DNA of 62,467 nucleotides, filler included. It is 6 parts of 6 records of this genome, joined end to end, with 100 filler letters (N's around TTAATTAATTAA, not from the genome) between each part and the next. Parts side by side here need not be neighbours in the genome. Positions count along the whole stretch, not along the records: positions 1 to 13,054 come from SRR31156797_568; 5 more parts are not named here. The stretch is one strand, 5' to 3'. The notes beneath the pieces are model-generated. The model saw only the letters and a program-made list of their open reading frames with translations, searched no databases and was not told where the DNA came from. Shown piece after piece: positions 1 to 7,851 of the stretch. A program made the position numbers and the translations under genes. The number at the start of each line of letters is the position of its first letter. Within the stretch, counting starts at the first letter, position 1.

Positions 1-1
1 C

Positions 2-3000
2 TGGAATGTTAACAGGCTTTTGGATGAAAACGGGCGTCCAACCGGCATAATCGCCATAGGCCTGGATATCACAGCGCGTAAACGTACTGAAGAAGCTCTG
101 AGAGAAAGCGCCGCTCGGGAGGCCGCCTTAAAAGAACTTAAGGCCCAAACCGAACAACTTAGGGAGATTTTTGAAGGAAGCCCCATAGGCGTCGGTATCA
201 GCAGAATCGAAGACGGGAAGATTCTTTTCGGTAACAGAAGGTTGGCGGAAGAATTTGGAGTAGAAGGCTCTACGCTTTTAGGTCAATCGGCCATAGATTT
301 TTGGGTGAGTCAGCAACAGCGCCGGGACTTTATAAAATTCTTTCGAAAACACGGGCATATACCGGAAATAATGGTTCGATTTAAAAAAGTCGATGGGACG
401 GAGTTTTGGTGCCTCTTGTCCTGGCGCAGCATTGAGTATGAAGGCGTCACCAGTATCTTGTTTTGGATTCATAATATCGATGATTTGAAAAAAACGGAAG
501 AAAAGCTAAATAGAGCGCGCGAGGAATTGGAGCAGAAAGTCATAGAACGCACCGCAGAGCTTGAACAGAGCCGGCAGAATTTCATGCGAACCTTCTACTC
601 TTCCCCGGCCTGGATGTCAATATCCACAGTCCGGGAAGGCCGTTTTGTAGAGATAAACGAGGTGTATTGCCAGGGTATCGGTTGGAGCCGCGATGAGATC
701 ATCGGACGGACGTCATTTGAAATCAATTTGTGGCCCAGTGAAGAAGATAGAAAACGGTGGGTTGAAGCCATCAGTTCCGGCCGGGTTAAAGGAATGGCCA
801 TACAATTGCTCCGCCGGGATGGATCACTGATTATCGCCAGTGGAGACGTGGCTATAATAGAATATGACGGTGAGGAAGTTTATCTTACTACAATAATTGA
901 TATTACCGAACAGGCCAAGGCCGAAGAGGCGCTCAAGGAGAGCGAAGCCAAGTTCTATACCGCATTTCGCTCCAATCCGGCAGCCATCAGCATCAACCGC
1001 CTGGATGACGGCCGCTATATAGAGATCAACCGGGGTTTTACAACAATATACGGCTATGAACGACACGAAGCTTTGGGCCGCACCGCGAGGGATCTGGATA
1101 TTTGGGCTAGCACTCCGGAGCAGAGTGTTGAGCGGATGCGAATCCTCCGGGAGACCGGCGCCTGCCGAGACTTTGAATACAACTTTCGACGGAAGAATGG
1201 GGAACTTGGAACAGGCCTCAATTTCGCAGAACTGATCGAACTGGGCGACGGCGAAACCCATGTTTTGTCCATTTCAATTGACATTACGAAACGCAAGCAG
1301 GCAGAGCAAGAGTTGGCCAGCTACCGGGACCACCTTGAGGAACTTGTCCAGTTGCGAACTGATGAACTCAGGAAAAGTGAGGAGAAATATCGCACCATTC
1401 TGGAGAACATCGAAGAGGGCTACTACGAGTTAGACCTCGAAGGTAATGTCGTCTTTTATAATCTCTCTTTCTGCTCATTTCTGGGGTACTCTCCCGAAGA
1501 GTTCATGGGGTTGAACTATCGTAAATTTTCCATACAGTCCTCGTACAGAAAAGCGCGGAAAATTTTCAACGAGATGTACCGAACCGGAAGGCAGTTCAAC
1601 AAGTTTGAACTTGAGATTAAGAGGAAAGACGGAAGTACAGGGACTATGGCGGGTTCGGTCTACCTGGTGCTGGACGAATCAAAACGTCCAATCGGATTCA
1701 GGGGGCTCATGCTGGACGTGACAGAGGCGAAGCGGGCCGAGGAAGAACTCAGGCAGGCCAAGTTAGAGGCCGACAGAGCCAACCAGGCCAAATCAGAATT
1801 CCTGGCCAATATGAGCCATGAGATTCGGACGCCGATGAACGCGGTTGTAGGTATGTCCGAACTTCTACTGACAACTTCGCTTAATCGTAAGCAGCGGGAA
1901 TACACCGAGACAATCTCAGATTCGGCCATAGCGCTCCTGACTATTCTGGATGACATTCTGGATTTTTCAAAGATACAGGCGGGCAAACTCAATCTTGAGG
2001 CCGCGGCATTCAACCTTCGTTCCGTAGTGGAACAGGTCGGGCAGGTTATTGCCTTCCGAGCCCAGGGCAAGGACGTGGAAGTGCTGGTTCGTTACCCACT
2101 GGATATCCCGAGCCAATTTGTTGGAGACCCTACCCGTATACGTCAAATCCTGATGAACCTGGCCGGCAATGCGGTTAAATTTACCGATAAGGGCCACGTA
2201 CTGCTTGAAGTTTCACTTTCAGGCAAGGATCAGGACCAGTGCGGTATTCGGATATCAGTTTCGGACACCGGCATCGGCATCCCTGAAGACCAGTTGGATT
2301 CCATATTCGACCAGTTTTCACAGGCGGATGAATCCACGACACGCCGGTTCGGCGGCACCGGTTTGGGACTGACCATCAGTTGGCAGCTTGTGGAAATGAT
2401 GGGCGGAACTATCCAGGTTCATAGCGCGCCGGATGATGGGACCACATTCTCCTTCGGCCTGATTCTCCCCTGTTCGGATGAACCGGAACCGGAGATAACC
2501 GTAGATGTTGACTTAACCAACGTGCCTGTGCTTGTTGTAGACGATAATGAACGCAACCGGGAAATCGCCCTGGAATACCTTCGCCTCAGGTCGATTCCCG
2601 GTGAAGCCGTATCATCGGCCGCCGAAGGTCTGGATCGTTTGAGGCAGGCCAAAAGCGAAGGCCGCCCCTTTGGCCTGGCCGTACTGGACTACCGCATGCC
2701 CGAAATGAACGGCGATGAATTGGCCTTGAACATCAAGAGCGATCCCGAAATAGCAGACACGGTTCTCATCCTGCTGTCTTCCTTCATGCCGGTTGATGAA
2801 TTGGCCCCGGAAGTACGCGCTCACTTCGCCGCCAGCCTGAACAAACCAATCAGGGTTTCCATCTTTTTCGAAATCCTGATGGAGGCTTGGAAACAGCGCC
2901 TGAGCGAAACACCGCGCCGGATGGAGTTCACTGTTGAAAGCCCGCCGTCTTTGCAGCCGATCAATATAGAAGCCCGGGTGCTCCTGGTGGAAGACAATCC

Positions 3001-3736
3001 CATGAATCAGCAGGTTGCCAGTGAAGTGTTAAACCGCTTCGGCTGCGAAACGGAAACGGCCGCCAACGGCCTCGAAGCACTGGAATTGTTTAAAAAAAGG
3101 CGATACGATATGATTTTTATGGACATACATATGCCGGAAATGGACGGATTCATGGCAACCCGGGCCATCCGTGAAGCAGAAGCAGGCGATACACATATTC
3201 CTATCGTGGCCATGACCGCCCTGGCCATGCATGGTGATAGGGAAAGATGCCTGGAGGCAGGCATGGACGACTATATTGCCAAACCGATCCGGACAGCCGC
3301 GGTGAGGGAGGCTTTGGTGCGGTTCCTGTTACCCGAAGTGGATGCTGAAAAGGACATTGGGGTAACATTAACCGCTGATGAGCCTCAAGTATTGAACCCG
3401 GAAACGCTGCTTGATATCAGCGGCAAGGATCCGGAAATAATAGCCGCCTTGATCCGGCAGTTTATGGAGGATGCGCCTAGATATTTTGCAGAGTTGAAGG
3501 AGGCGGTCGACCGGGAAGAGCAGCGATTGATCCATCAGACAGCCCACAGATTTCAGGGATTAGCCGCCAATGCAGGAGGTGAGCGCACAAGAGAAATCCT
3601 GATGGACCTCGAAACACAAATCCGGCAGGAGTCTTTTATTCCGGGCGCACTGGACCTGGCTAATCTGGAAACGGAAATGAAAAGGCTTGTCAGGTCCCTT
3701 CAGGAGACCGACTGGGAAACCCTTTGCAGCGCTTAA
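2..3736 (+). CDS. Multi-PAS hybrid sensor histidine kinase (at least 4 full PAS/PAC, HisKA, HATPase, 2 REC, Hpt); 5'-truncated
   Basis: Frame is open from base 2. Repeated PAC ends (DITARK, DITEQAK, DITKRK, DVTEAK), H-box FLANMSHEIRTPMN, NLAGNAVKFT, DTGIGI, GGTGLGL, receivers LDYRMP and MDIHMP, Hpt AHRFQG. Confidence 0.95.
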   Translation, partial: WNVNRLLDENGRPTGIIAIGLDITARKRTEEALRESAAREAALKELKAQTEQLREIFEGSPIGVGISRIEDGKILFGNRRLAEEFGVEGSTLLGQSAIDFWVSQQQRRDFIKFFRKHGHIPEIMVRFKKVDGTEFWCLLSWRSIEYEGVTSILFWIHNIDDLKKTEEKLNRAREELEQKVIERTAELEQSRQNFMRTFYSSPAWMSISTVREGRFVEINEVYCQGIGWSRDEIIGRTSFEINLWPSEEDRKRWVEAISSGRVKGMAIQLLRRDGSLIIASGDVAIIEYDGEEVYLTTIIDITEQAKAEEALKESEAKFYTAFRSNPAAISINRLDDGRYIEINRGFTTIYGYERHEALGRTARDLDIWASTPEQSVERMRILRETGACRDFEYNFRRKNGELGTGLNFAELIELGDGETHVLSISIDITKRKQAEQELASYRDHLEELVQLRTDELRKSEEKYRTILENIEEGYYELDLEGNVVFYNLSFCSFLGYSPEEFMGLNYRKFSIQSSYRKARKIFNEMYRTGRQFNKFELEIKRKDGSTGTMAGSVYLVLDESKRPIGFRGLMLDVTEAKRAEEELRQAKLEADRANQAKSEFLANMSHEIRTPMNAVVGMSELLLTTSLNRKQREYTETISDSAIALLTILDDILDFSKIQAGKLNLEAAAFNLRSVVEQVGQVIAFRAQGKDVEVLVRYPLDIPSQFVGDPTRIRQILMNLAGNAVKFTDKGHVLLEVSLSGKDQDQCGIRISVSDTGIGIPEDQLDSIFDQFSQADESTTRRFGGTGLGLTISWQLVEMMGGTIQVHSAPDDGTTFSFGLILPCSDEPEPEITVDVDLTNVPVLVVDDNERNREIALEYLRLRSIPGEAVSSAAEGLDRLRQAKSEGRPFGLAVLDYRMPEMNGDELALNIKSDPEIADTVLILLSSFMPVDELAPEVRAHFAASLNKPIRVSIFFEILMEAWKQRLSETPRRMEFTVESPPSLQPINIEARVLLVEDNPMNQQVASEVLNRFGCETETAANGLEALELFKKRRYDMIFMDIHMPEMDGFMATRAIREAEAGDTHIPIVAMTALAMHGDRERCLEAGMDDYIAKPIRTAAVREALVRFLLPEVDAEKDIGVTLTADEPQVLNPETLLDISGKDPEIIAALIRQFMEDAPRYFAELKEAVDREEQRLIHQTAHRFQGLAANAGGERTREILMDLETQIRQESFIPGALDLANLETEMKRLVRSLQETDWETLCSA

Positions 3737-3768
3737 CTCAAACAAACAGTAAAGCGTGAGGTGTAATA

Positions 3769-4428
3769 ATGAAGATACTAGTCGCAGATGACGATGCCAT
3801 GACGAGGCTGGCCCTCGTTAAAAACCTGGAGAAGTGGGGCTATGAAGTGGTCGCCGCTGAAAACGGCCGCCAGGCCTTTGAATTCCTTACCGGCGAAGAT
3901 CCTCCGCGCCTAGCCATTCTGGATTGGCTCATGCCGGAGATGGAAGGTGTGGAAATTTGTCGCAAACTGGTTCAACTGAGCGCGACCCCTCTCATCTATA
4001 CAATTCTTCTGACAGTCAAGAAGGAAAAGGATGACATCATCCAGGCATTAAACTGCGGGGCCCACGATTTCCTGTCCAAACCGGTCCATGTTGGAGAACT
4101 GCGAAGCCGTATCGCTGTCGGCGTCCGCCTTCTGGATGCGGAAGACAGGCTGATTGCATATACCAGGGATATCGAAGCCAAGAATGTGGAATTGGAAAAC
4201 GCATTAGCCGAGATTCGCACCCTGCGAGGCTTTCTCCCGATATGCTCCAACTGTAAGAAAATCAGGGACGATGACGGCTACTGGAACCAGATCGAGCAGT
4301 ACATACAAGCACATTCCGAAGCAGTGTTTTCCCACAGCATCTGTCCCGTTTGCATGAAAGAACTTTACCCGGAACTCGCCGACAGCGTGTTGTCGAAGAT
4401 CGAGACTCCCAAAAGCAAGCAGGATTAA
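3769..4428 (+). CDS. Response regulator: REC, coiled coil and C-terminal Cys4 putative Zn-binding domain
   Basis: ILVADDD...ILDWLMP...KP receiver; C-terminus LPICSNCKKIRD...SHSICPVC; follows the kinase by 32 nt. Confidence 0.9.
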   Translation: MKILVADDDAMTRLALVKNLEKWGYEVVAAENGRQAFEFLTGEDPPRLAILDWLMPEMEGVEICRKLVQLSATPLIYTILLTVKKEKDDIIQALNCGAHDFLSKPVHVGELRSRIAVGVRLLDAEDRLIAYTRDIEAKNVELENALAEIRTLRGFLPICSNCKKIRDDDGYWNQIEQYIQAHSEAVFSHSICPVCMKELYPELADSVLSKIETPKSKQD

Positions 4429-4515
4429 CAACATCTTATTTCCAGCCGGCAAAAGTTAACCGATAAATATGTGAAGCACGAGTGTGTGACTTATCCATGA
4501 CGCCGCCTGTTTGAA

Positions 4516-4544
4516 TTGATTTATACGGGCGCCGGCCTTATAAT
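4516..4544 (+). promoter_or_regulatory. Sigma70-type promoter for the ArsA/Get3 ATPase
   Basis: TTGATT (4516-4521), 17-nt spacer, TATAAT (4539-4544). Confidence 0.6.
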
Positions 4545-4645
4545 ATCGCTCAATGAGAGGCCAGACAGTATACACTTTAACCAGGAGACGCCCCTGAAGC
4601 AAAGCGGACTCAGGTAGTCAGAGAAATAAGGAAAGACAGGTAAAC

Positions 4646-5839
4646 ATGACCCGAAATGAACCAGATGCCAGAGTAATCCTATTCACAGGCAAGGGCGGAG
4701 TCGGCAAAACATCAACGGCGGCGGCAACCGCAGTGCGGGCTTCGGAACAAGGATTGGGAACGCTTATTGTCAGTACGGATGCGGCCCATTCCCTGTCGGA
4801 CAGCTTTGATATGCCAATCGCCCATGATCCCACGCCCATAAAAGAGAACTTGTGGGCTCAGGAGATAGATGTAAACGAACAGATCAGCAAGAATTGGGGG
4901 CCGATCCACAATTTTTTCACCAAATTCCTCCGTCACCAGGGTTTTGACTCTGTGATTGCCGACGAGTTGGCGATTCTACCGGGCATGGAGGAGATTTTTT
5001 CACTTCTGGAAGTTGGAGATCACGCCAAGGACGAAAGATTTCAGGTCGTAGTTATAGACTGCGCCCCCACGGCGGACACGGCCCGTCTTTTGGCCCTGCC
5101 TGATATAGCCCGTTGGTACATGGAAAAGATATTCAAGATAGAAAGAGCAGTGGTCAGGACGGTCCGGCCGGTGGCCAAAAGAGTCATAGACCTGCCCTTG
5201 CCTACGGATGATGTTTTCGCAGCCGTGGAAAAGCTGTATAATCATATAGTAGAGGTAAAAAACCTGTTGACGGACAAAACGCGTTCATCGATCCGCATGG
5301 TGATGAATCCGGAAAAAATGGTTATTAAGGAGGCCCAAAGGGCATTCACCTTTTTGAGTCTTTTTGATTTCAGCATTGACGCTGTGGTTGTCAACCGACT
5401 TTTACCGGAAGAAATTACGGACCCGTATTATGGAAAATGGCGGGAAATACAGACGGAACACATGGCCATGATCCGGAGTTCATTTTCTCCACTGCCTATT
5501 CTGACCGCCAAATTGTGGGATCAGGAAATAGTCGGCCTGGACCTGCTTTCCAGCCTGGCTGATGAGATATATGGAGAGCAAGACGCCGCCGAAATAATGC
5601 ACAAGGAAAAAACAGTTGAGATAACACCGCAAAATGGCCAGTACCTGCTTGATATTCCGGTCCCTTTTGCGGAAAAAGACGAACTGGAAACCTGGATTCA
5701 CGGCGATGAACTGGTAATAAGGTATAAGAATTACAAACGAAACCTTATTCTGCCCCGCACGCTGGCCGGTTTGAACCTGGCCGGGGCGGAATTATTGAAC
5801 CAGACCTTGCGTCTGACATTCGGAGAGAAAAAATGTTAA
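4646..5839 (+). CDS. ArsA/Get3-family ATPase with C-terminal HSP20-like (alpha-crystallin) domain
   Basis: Deviant Walker A GKGGVGKT, STDAAHSLSD, LPGMEE, IDCAPT, MNPEKMVIKEAQR; C-terminal beta-rich region GDELVIRYKNYKRNLILP; single ATPase domain. Confidence 0.9.
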   Translation: MTRNEPDARVILFTGKGGVGKTSTAAATAVRASEQGLGTLIVSTDAAHSLSDSFDMPIAHDPTPIKENLWAQEIDVNEQISKNWGPIHNFFTKFLRHQGFDSVIADELAILPGMEEIFSLLEVGDHAKDERFQVVVIDCAPTADTARLLALPDIARWYMEKIFKIERAVVRTVRPVAKRVIDLPLPTDDVFAAVEKLYNHIVEVKNLLTDKTRSSIRMVMNPEKMVIKEAQRAFTFLSLFDFSIDAVVVNRLLPEEITDPYYGKWREIQTEHMAMIRSSFSPLPILTAKLWDQEIVGLDLLSSLADEIYGEQDAAEIMHKEKTVEITPQNGQYLLDIPVPFAEKDELETWIHGDELVIRYKNYKRNLILPRTLAGLNLAGAELLNQTLRLTFGEKKC

Positions 5840-6045
5840 AAGACAGTCCCGAAGAAATGTCCGACTGCCGCGTGCGCGGATTTATCGATAAGGCCAGGAA
5901 ATCCGAGGCAGCCCGTCACTTTCGGAACGCGCGCAAGGAAATGCTTTTGGCGATAAAATCCATTGTTGAAGCGGGTATTGAAAGAATTGACCGCGAAGAG
6001 GAGTCGGCTTCGGACGCGCCGGCCCGCAAAGTCGATATTCAGTAG
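5833..6045 (+). CDS. Small helical hypothetical protein coupled to the ATPase
   Basis: 70 aa; overlaps the ATPase stop; GGAG RBS; amphipathic helix RHFRNARKEMLLAIKSIVEAGIERI. Confidence 0.75.
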   Translation: MLKDSPEEMSDCRVRGFIDKARKSEAARHFRNARKEMLLAIKSIVEAGIERIDREEESASDAPARKVDIQ

Positions 6046-6091
6046 ACGTCACAATAGCCCGAATTAAGACTTATCTGGTAGACAAGCAGAC

Positions 6092-6136
6092 AGGCGCCGG
6101 TTTATGCAATCCAGCCGATAGTATAGGCCGGCGCCT
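6092..6136. terminator. Stem-loop between convergent genes, probable intrinsic terminator
   Basis: AGGCGCCGG/CCGGCGCCT perfect 9-bp arms, extendable to about 16 bp with G-U pairs, followed by TATTTT. Confidence 0.6.
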
Positions 6137-6163
6137 TATTTTAGTATTCCATTCGCTCCTATT

Positions 6164-6757
6164 TCACTCGCCTTTTTCATCCATCAACAAAATAGGATCC
6201 ACGTTTTTCCAACGAGTGTTATTTCCATCGAAATCAGCCTGTTCTTCTTCCGTGGTCGGTAAAACATCAAAAGCGCAGAATTCATCTCCACAGACTTCAC
6301 AGGAAGTATGAATCAATTTTGCCCCAGGATTTTGGGCCATGCTCTTGGCAGCATCGACATAACAGTACAAGGCTCCGAGTTCAGGCTCTCCGAGTTCAAG
6401 AAAAGTCTTGGCCAATACACACCCGAACACTTTAAAAGAGGAAAAATCAAAATCCTCTGTCGGTTGCTCGCGCATGTCTAAAAATTCATCATCCTTGTAA
6501 ACATACTTATCATGAAAGCCGTACCAGGGAAGGTCCTGTCGTCCTGATTCGGTTCTCTTGCCTACGAGCTTGCCGTATTCCATCATGGCCTTGATTATCA
6601 GGTCCCTACCTTTTTCCCGTCCAAGCTCGTTCACCAATATTCGGGCGTAAGCCAGGTGCAGCAGGCCCAGGCGGGCGCCGACCGTCCCCACTTGCTCCAT
6701 GGCCTCTTCAAGAGATACTTTTTTATCCGTATCAATCATCCCGATCCTCGCTTTCAT
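6164..6757 (-). CDS. ATC-hydrolase/V4R-like family protein
   Basis: Pattern ELG.EKG..LI.KAM..YG, C.LAKTF..LG, YCYVDAAK, C..GDEFC typical of this family. Confidence 0.65.
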   Translation of the reverse strand: MKARIGMIDTDKKVSLEEAMEQVGTVGARLGLLHLAYARILVNELGREKGRDLIIKAMMEYGKLVGKRTESGRQDLPWYGFHDKYVYKDDEFLDMREQPTEDFDFSSFKVFGCVLAKTFLELGEPELGALYCYVDAAKSMAQNPGAKLIHTSCEVCGDEFCAFDVLPTTEEEQADFDGNNTRWKNVDPILLMDEKGE

Positions 6758-6803
6758 TGTTGGTTATTGAAATAATATTATGAATCACACTGTTTTCGAC
6801 GCA

Positions 6804-7337
6804 CTAATTGACAACACTGCATGCGGCGAGATTGATCTTTAAATAAATGGAGTAATATGATAGCGGAGTCCCCATTACGTGGGGTAAAGGAATAAAATAA
6901 GTATACGCTTCTGATCTATTAACCCTTACATTGACCGGCAGTCTTTTCAGTTCACACTCTTTTGTTTTTATCGAAATACTACGAATTCTCTCCGCCAGTT
7001 TGACAGACCACCTGGACCTCTCCCGCCGGCAGGCATACCATTTTTTTTCTTCCTTAACGCCTTCCGCACATTTCCCAAAATCCGGATAATTAATATAAAC
7101 AACCCCGAGCTTATCATCTGTATATGCTGTTCCTACAGTCGCCCCGTTTTCATCATGAAATACTATTTCGGCGTTACAGACTCCTCCCAATTTGTGTTTT
7201 TTTGAGACGTCATACAGGGAAATATGCAGATAACCGTGAAACAAGGAGTATATGTAGCCCCCGCCTATTAACAGGGCAATCGATGCAACCGCAACAGCAA
7301 ATACCAGCAATATTTTCTTCAGGATTTTCAACAGCAA
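6804..7337 (-). CDS. Hypothetical membrane-anchored or exported protein
   Basis: 177-aa ORF with one N-terminal hydrophobic helix and several Cys; no recognised motif. Confidence 0.6.
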   Translation of the reverse strand: MLLKILKKILLVFAVAVASIALLIGGGYIYSLFHGYLHISLYDVSKKHKLGGVCNAEIVFHDENGATVGTAYTDDKLGVVYINYPDFGKCAEGVKEEKKWYACRRERSRWSVKLAERIRSISIKTKECELKRLPVNVRVNRSEAYTYFIPLPHVMGTPLSYYSIYLKINLAACSVVN

Positions 7338-7411
7338 TTACATAGCCCCCGACTGCAGTGCCTTGATGTAATTGACAGATTATTTATTCAACGCGCCCCG
7401 TCTGATTATCG

Positions 7412-7834
7412 TCACAGAAAAGGTATGGGCTTGCCGGTGCGATAGGCCAAAGCCTGGCACGTCGCCAGGGTGTTTTCGTTTTCATTGGTCACGGTAATAA
7501 AATAATTTAATGTTTTTTTGGTTTGGCTGACCAGGCGCGCTTCCGCCCTGAGTTTTTGCCCGGGTTCGGGGCTGCCCACGTACGTGACGCTGACATTCAT
7601 GGCCACGGCGATTGTTCCGTCAGTCTGCCCGGCGGTTTCGAATGCTTCGTCAATAAGAGCGAACATGGCGCCGCCATGGGCTCGTTGGTAGATATTATCC
7701 ATGGATTCAGGGTCGTAGATCATTTCAACAATCGAATGACCGTCATCAAGGTAAACAAGTTGGATTCCAAGATTTACCGCGAAAGGCTCGCTTTCCACAG
7801 CCTTGAAAATGGCTTCTTTGACCCTGGCCTCCAT
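7412..7834 (-). CDS. PaaI-family hotdog thioesterase
   Basis: N...AHGGAMFALIDEA motif; 140 aa. Confidence 0.9.
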   Translation of the reverse strand: MEARVKEAIFKAVESEPFAVNLGIQLVYLDDGHSIVEMIYDPESMDNIYQRAHGGAMFALIDEAFETAGQTDGTIAVAMNVSVTYVGSPEPGQKLRAEARLVSQTKKTLNYFITVTNENENTLATCQALAYRTGKPIPFL

Positions 7835-7851
7835 TATTCCCCTCTTAATGA

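Noticed and set aside
4646..5839. Arsenic resistance (arsA)
   Set aside because: No ars pump, regulator or chaperone genes nearby; single ATPase domain with an HSP20-like tail rather than the duplicated ArsA.
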